From a virus, in IMG/VR virus record IMGVR_UViG_3300027832_000016, positions 3,802 to 67,801 of that record: DNA of 64,000 bases; one strand, written 5' to 3'. This document shows, in pieces, positions 63,606-64,000 of the stretch. The notes beneath the pieces were generated by a model. That model was not told the origin of the DNA, did not search any database, and saw only the letters and a program-made list of their open reading frames with translations. Position 1 is the stretch's first letter. Each line of letters starts with the position of its first letter. Made by a program: the position numbers and the translations under genes.

Positions 63606-63916
63606 ATGTATCAAAATCACAGGCACGTCGCATCGCGTCGCAAACCGACACGGTGGATGTCAATTTGCTACAGGGCGAACTAGCGATGGCTAACGGGCAT
63701 ATCGAATATTTGAGGGGCGAAGTGGAACGGCTACAAGCAGACCAAACGATTCTTTTAGCGACGGCACAAGACGCTTTAGAATGTCTGGTTGATTGGGCTA
63801 GTTATGCCGACGAATACTTTTTGGTTAAACATGATTTCAAAGGTGATGTCCAACGGATTTCAAGTGTCACAGACAGATTCCGCAGAAACCTACAATCAGG
63901 AGACAGCAATGAGTGA
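63602..63916 (+). CDS. Hypothetical coiled-coil protein
   Basis: GGAG RBS, ATGA coupling. Confidence 0.65.
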   Translation: MNVSKSQARRIASQTDTVDVNLLQGELAMANGHIEYLRGEVERLQADQTILLATAQDALECLVDWASYADEYFLVKHDFKGDVQRISSVTDRFRRNLQSGDSNE

Positions 63917-64000
63917 ACCAGTAGATATTGTTGCCGAGATGCGCGGTTTTGCTGATGCGCTGGAGAGTGTCGCACCGCTCGTGGAAACACCCGCGAATTT
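63909..64000 (+). CDS. 5' end of a hypothetical protein truncated by the window edge
   Basis: AGGAG RBS; MSEPVDIVAEMRGFADALE... open to the end. Confidence 0.55.
   Translation, partial: MSEPVDIVAEMRGFADALESVAPLVETPAN

Noticed and set aside
3015-63990. Numerous minus-strand ORFs in the track (e.g. 3015..3491, 24544..25104, 27986..28555, 31174..31755)
   Set aside because: Antisense shadows of well-supported plus-strand genes, with no motifs
1-64000. Alternative genetic code or stop-codon reassignment
   Set aside because: Core genes are full length under the standard code, and TAA, TAG and TGA all terminate genes
1-64000. Prophage or integrated element boundaries
   Set aside because: No integrase, att-like duplication or host housekeeping genes visible; lifestyle cannot be settled from this window

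Overview
The window is a 64-kb segment of a large dsDNA tailed phage with a contractile tail (myovirus). Essentially all genes lie on the + strand. WhiB, the leaderless promoters and the peptidoglycan hydrolases point to an actinobacterial host (inference). Order along the window: a ~2.3-kb ORF-poor, repeat- and hairpin-rich region containing a tRNA-like element; a secreted mucin-like protein and tail-fibre accessory genes including a Cys-rich protein; terminase; lysis genes; a metallophosphoesterase and an Ntn/proteasome-type protease; portal-scaffold-capsid; neck, sheath, tube, chaperone, tape measure and baseplate; a replication/recombination module (HTH initiator with internal iterons, RNA ligase, DnaC-like loader, DnaB, primase, SNF2 helicase, SSB, PolA, RecA, Cas4-like nuclease, resolvases, SpoVS); a ~6-kb island of mostly small, disordered proteins sharing short peptide motifs; a putative nucleotide/DNA-modification cluster; WhiB; a secreted lytic transglycosylase; and small early-type genes. 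The most novel-looking signals are the MPxNHRGxxIAGPxAN leader family and other shared motifs in the disordered island, the 65-nt tRNA-like RNA and short sRNA units, the stalk-and-knob Cys-rich tail protein, and a candidate +1 chaperone frameshift. All family calls come from motif recognition by eye; no database search was run.
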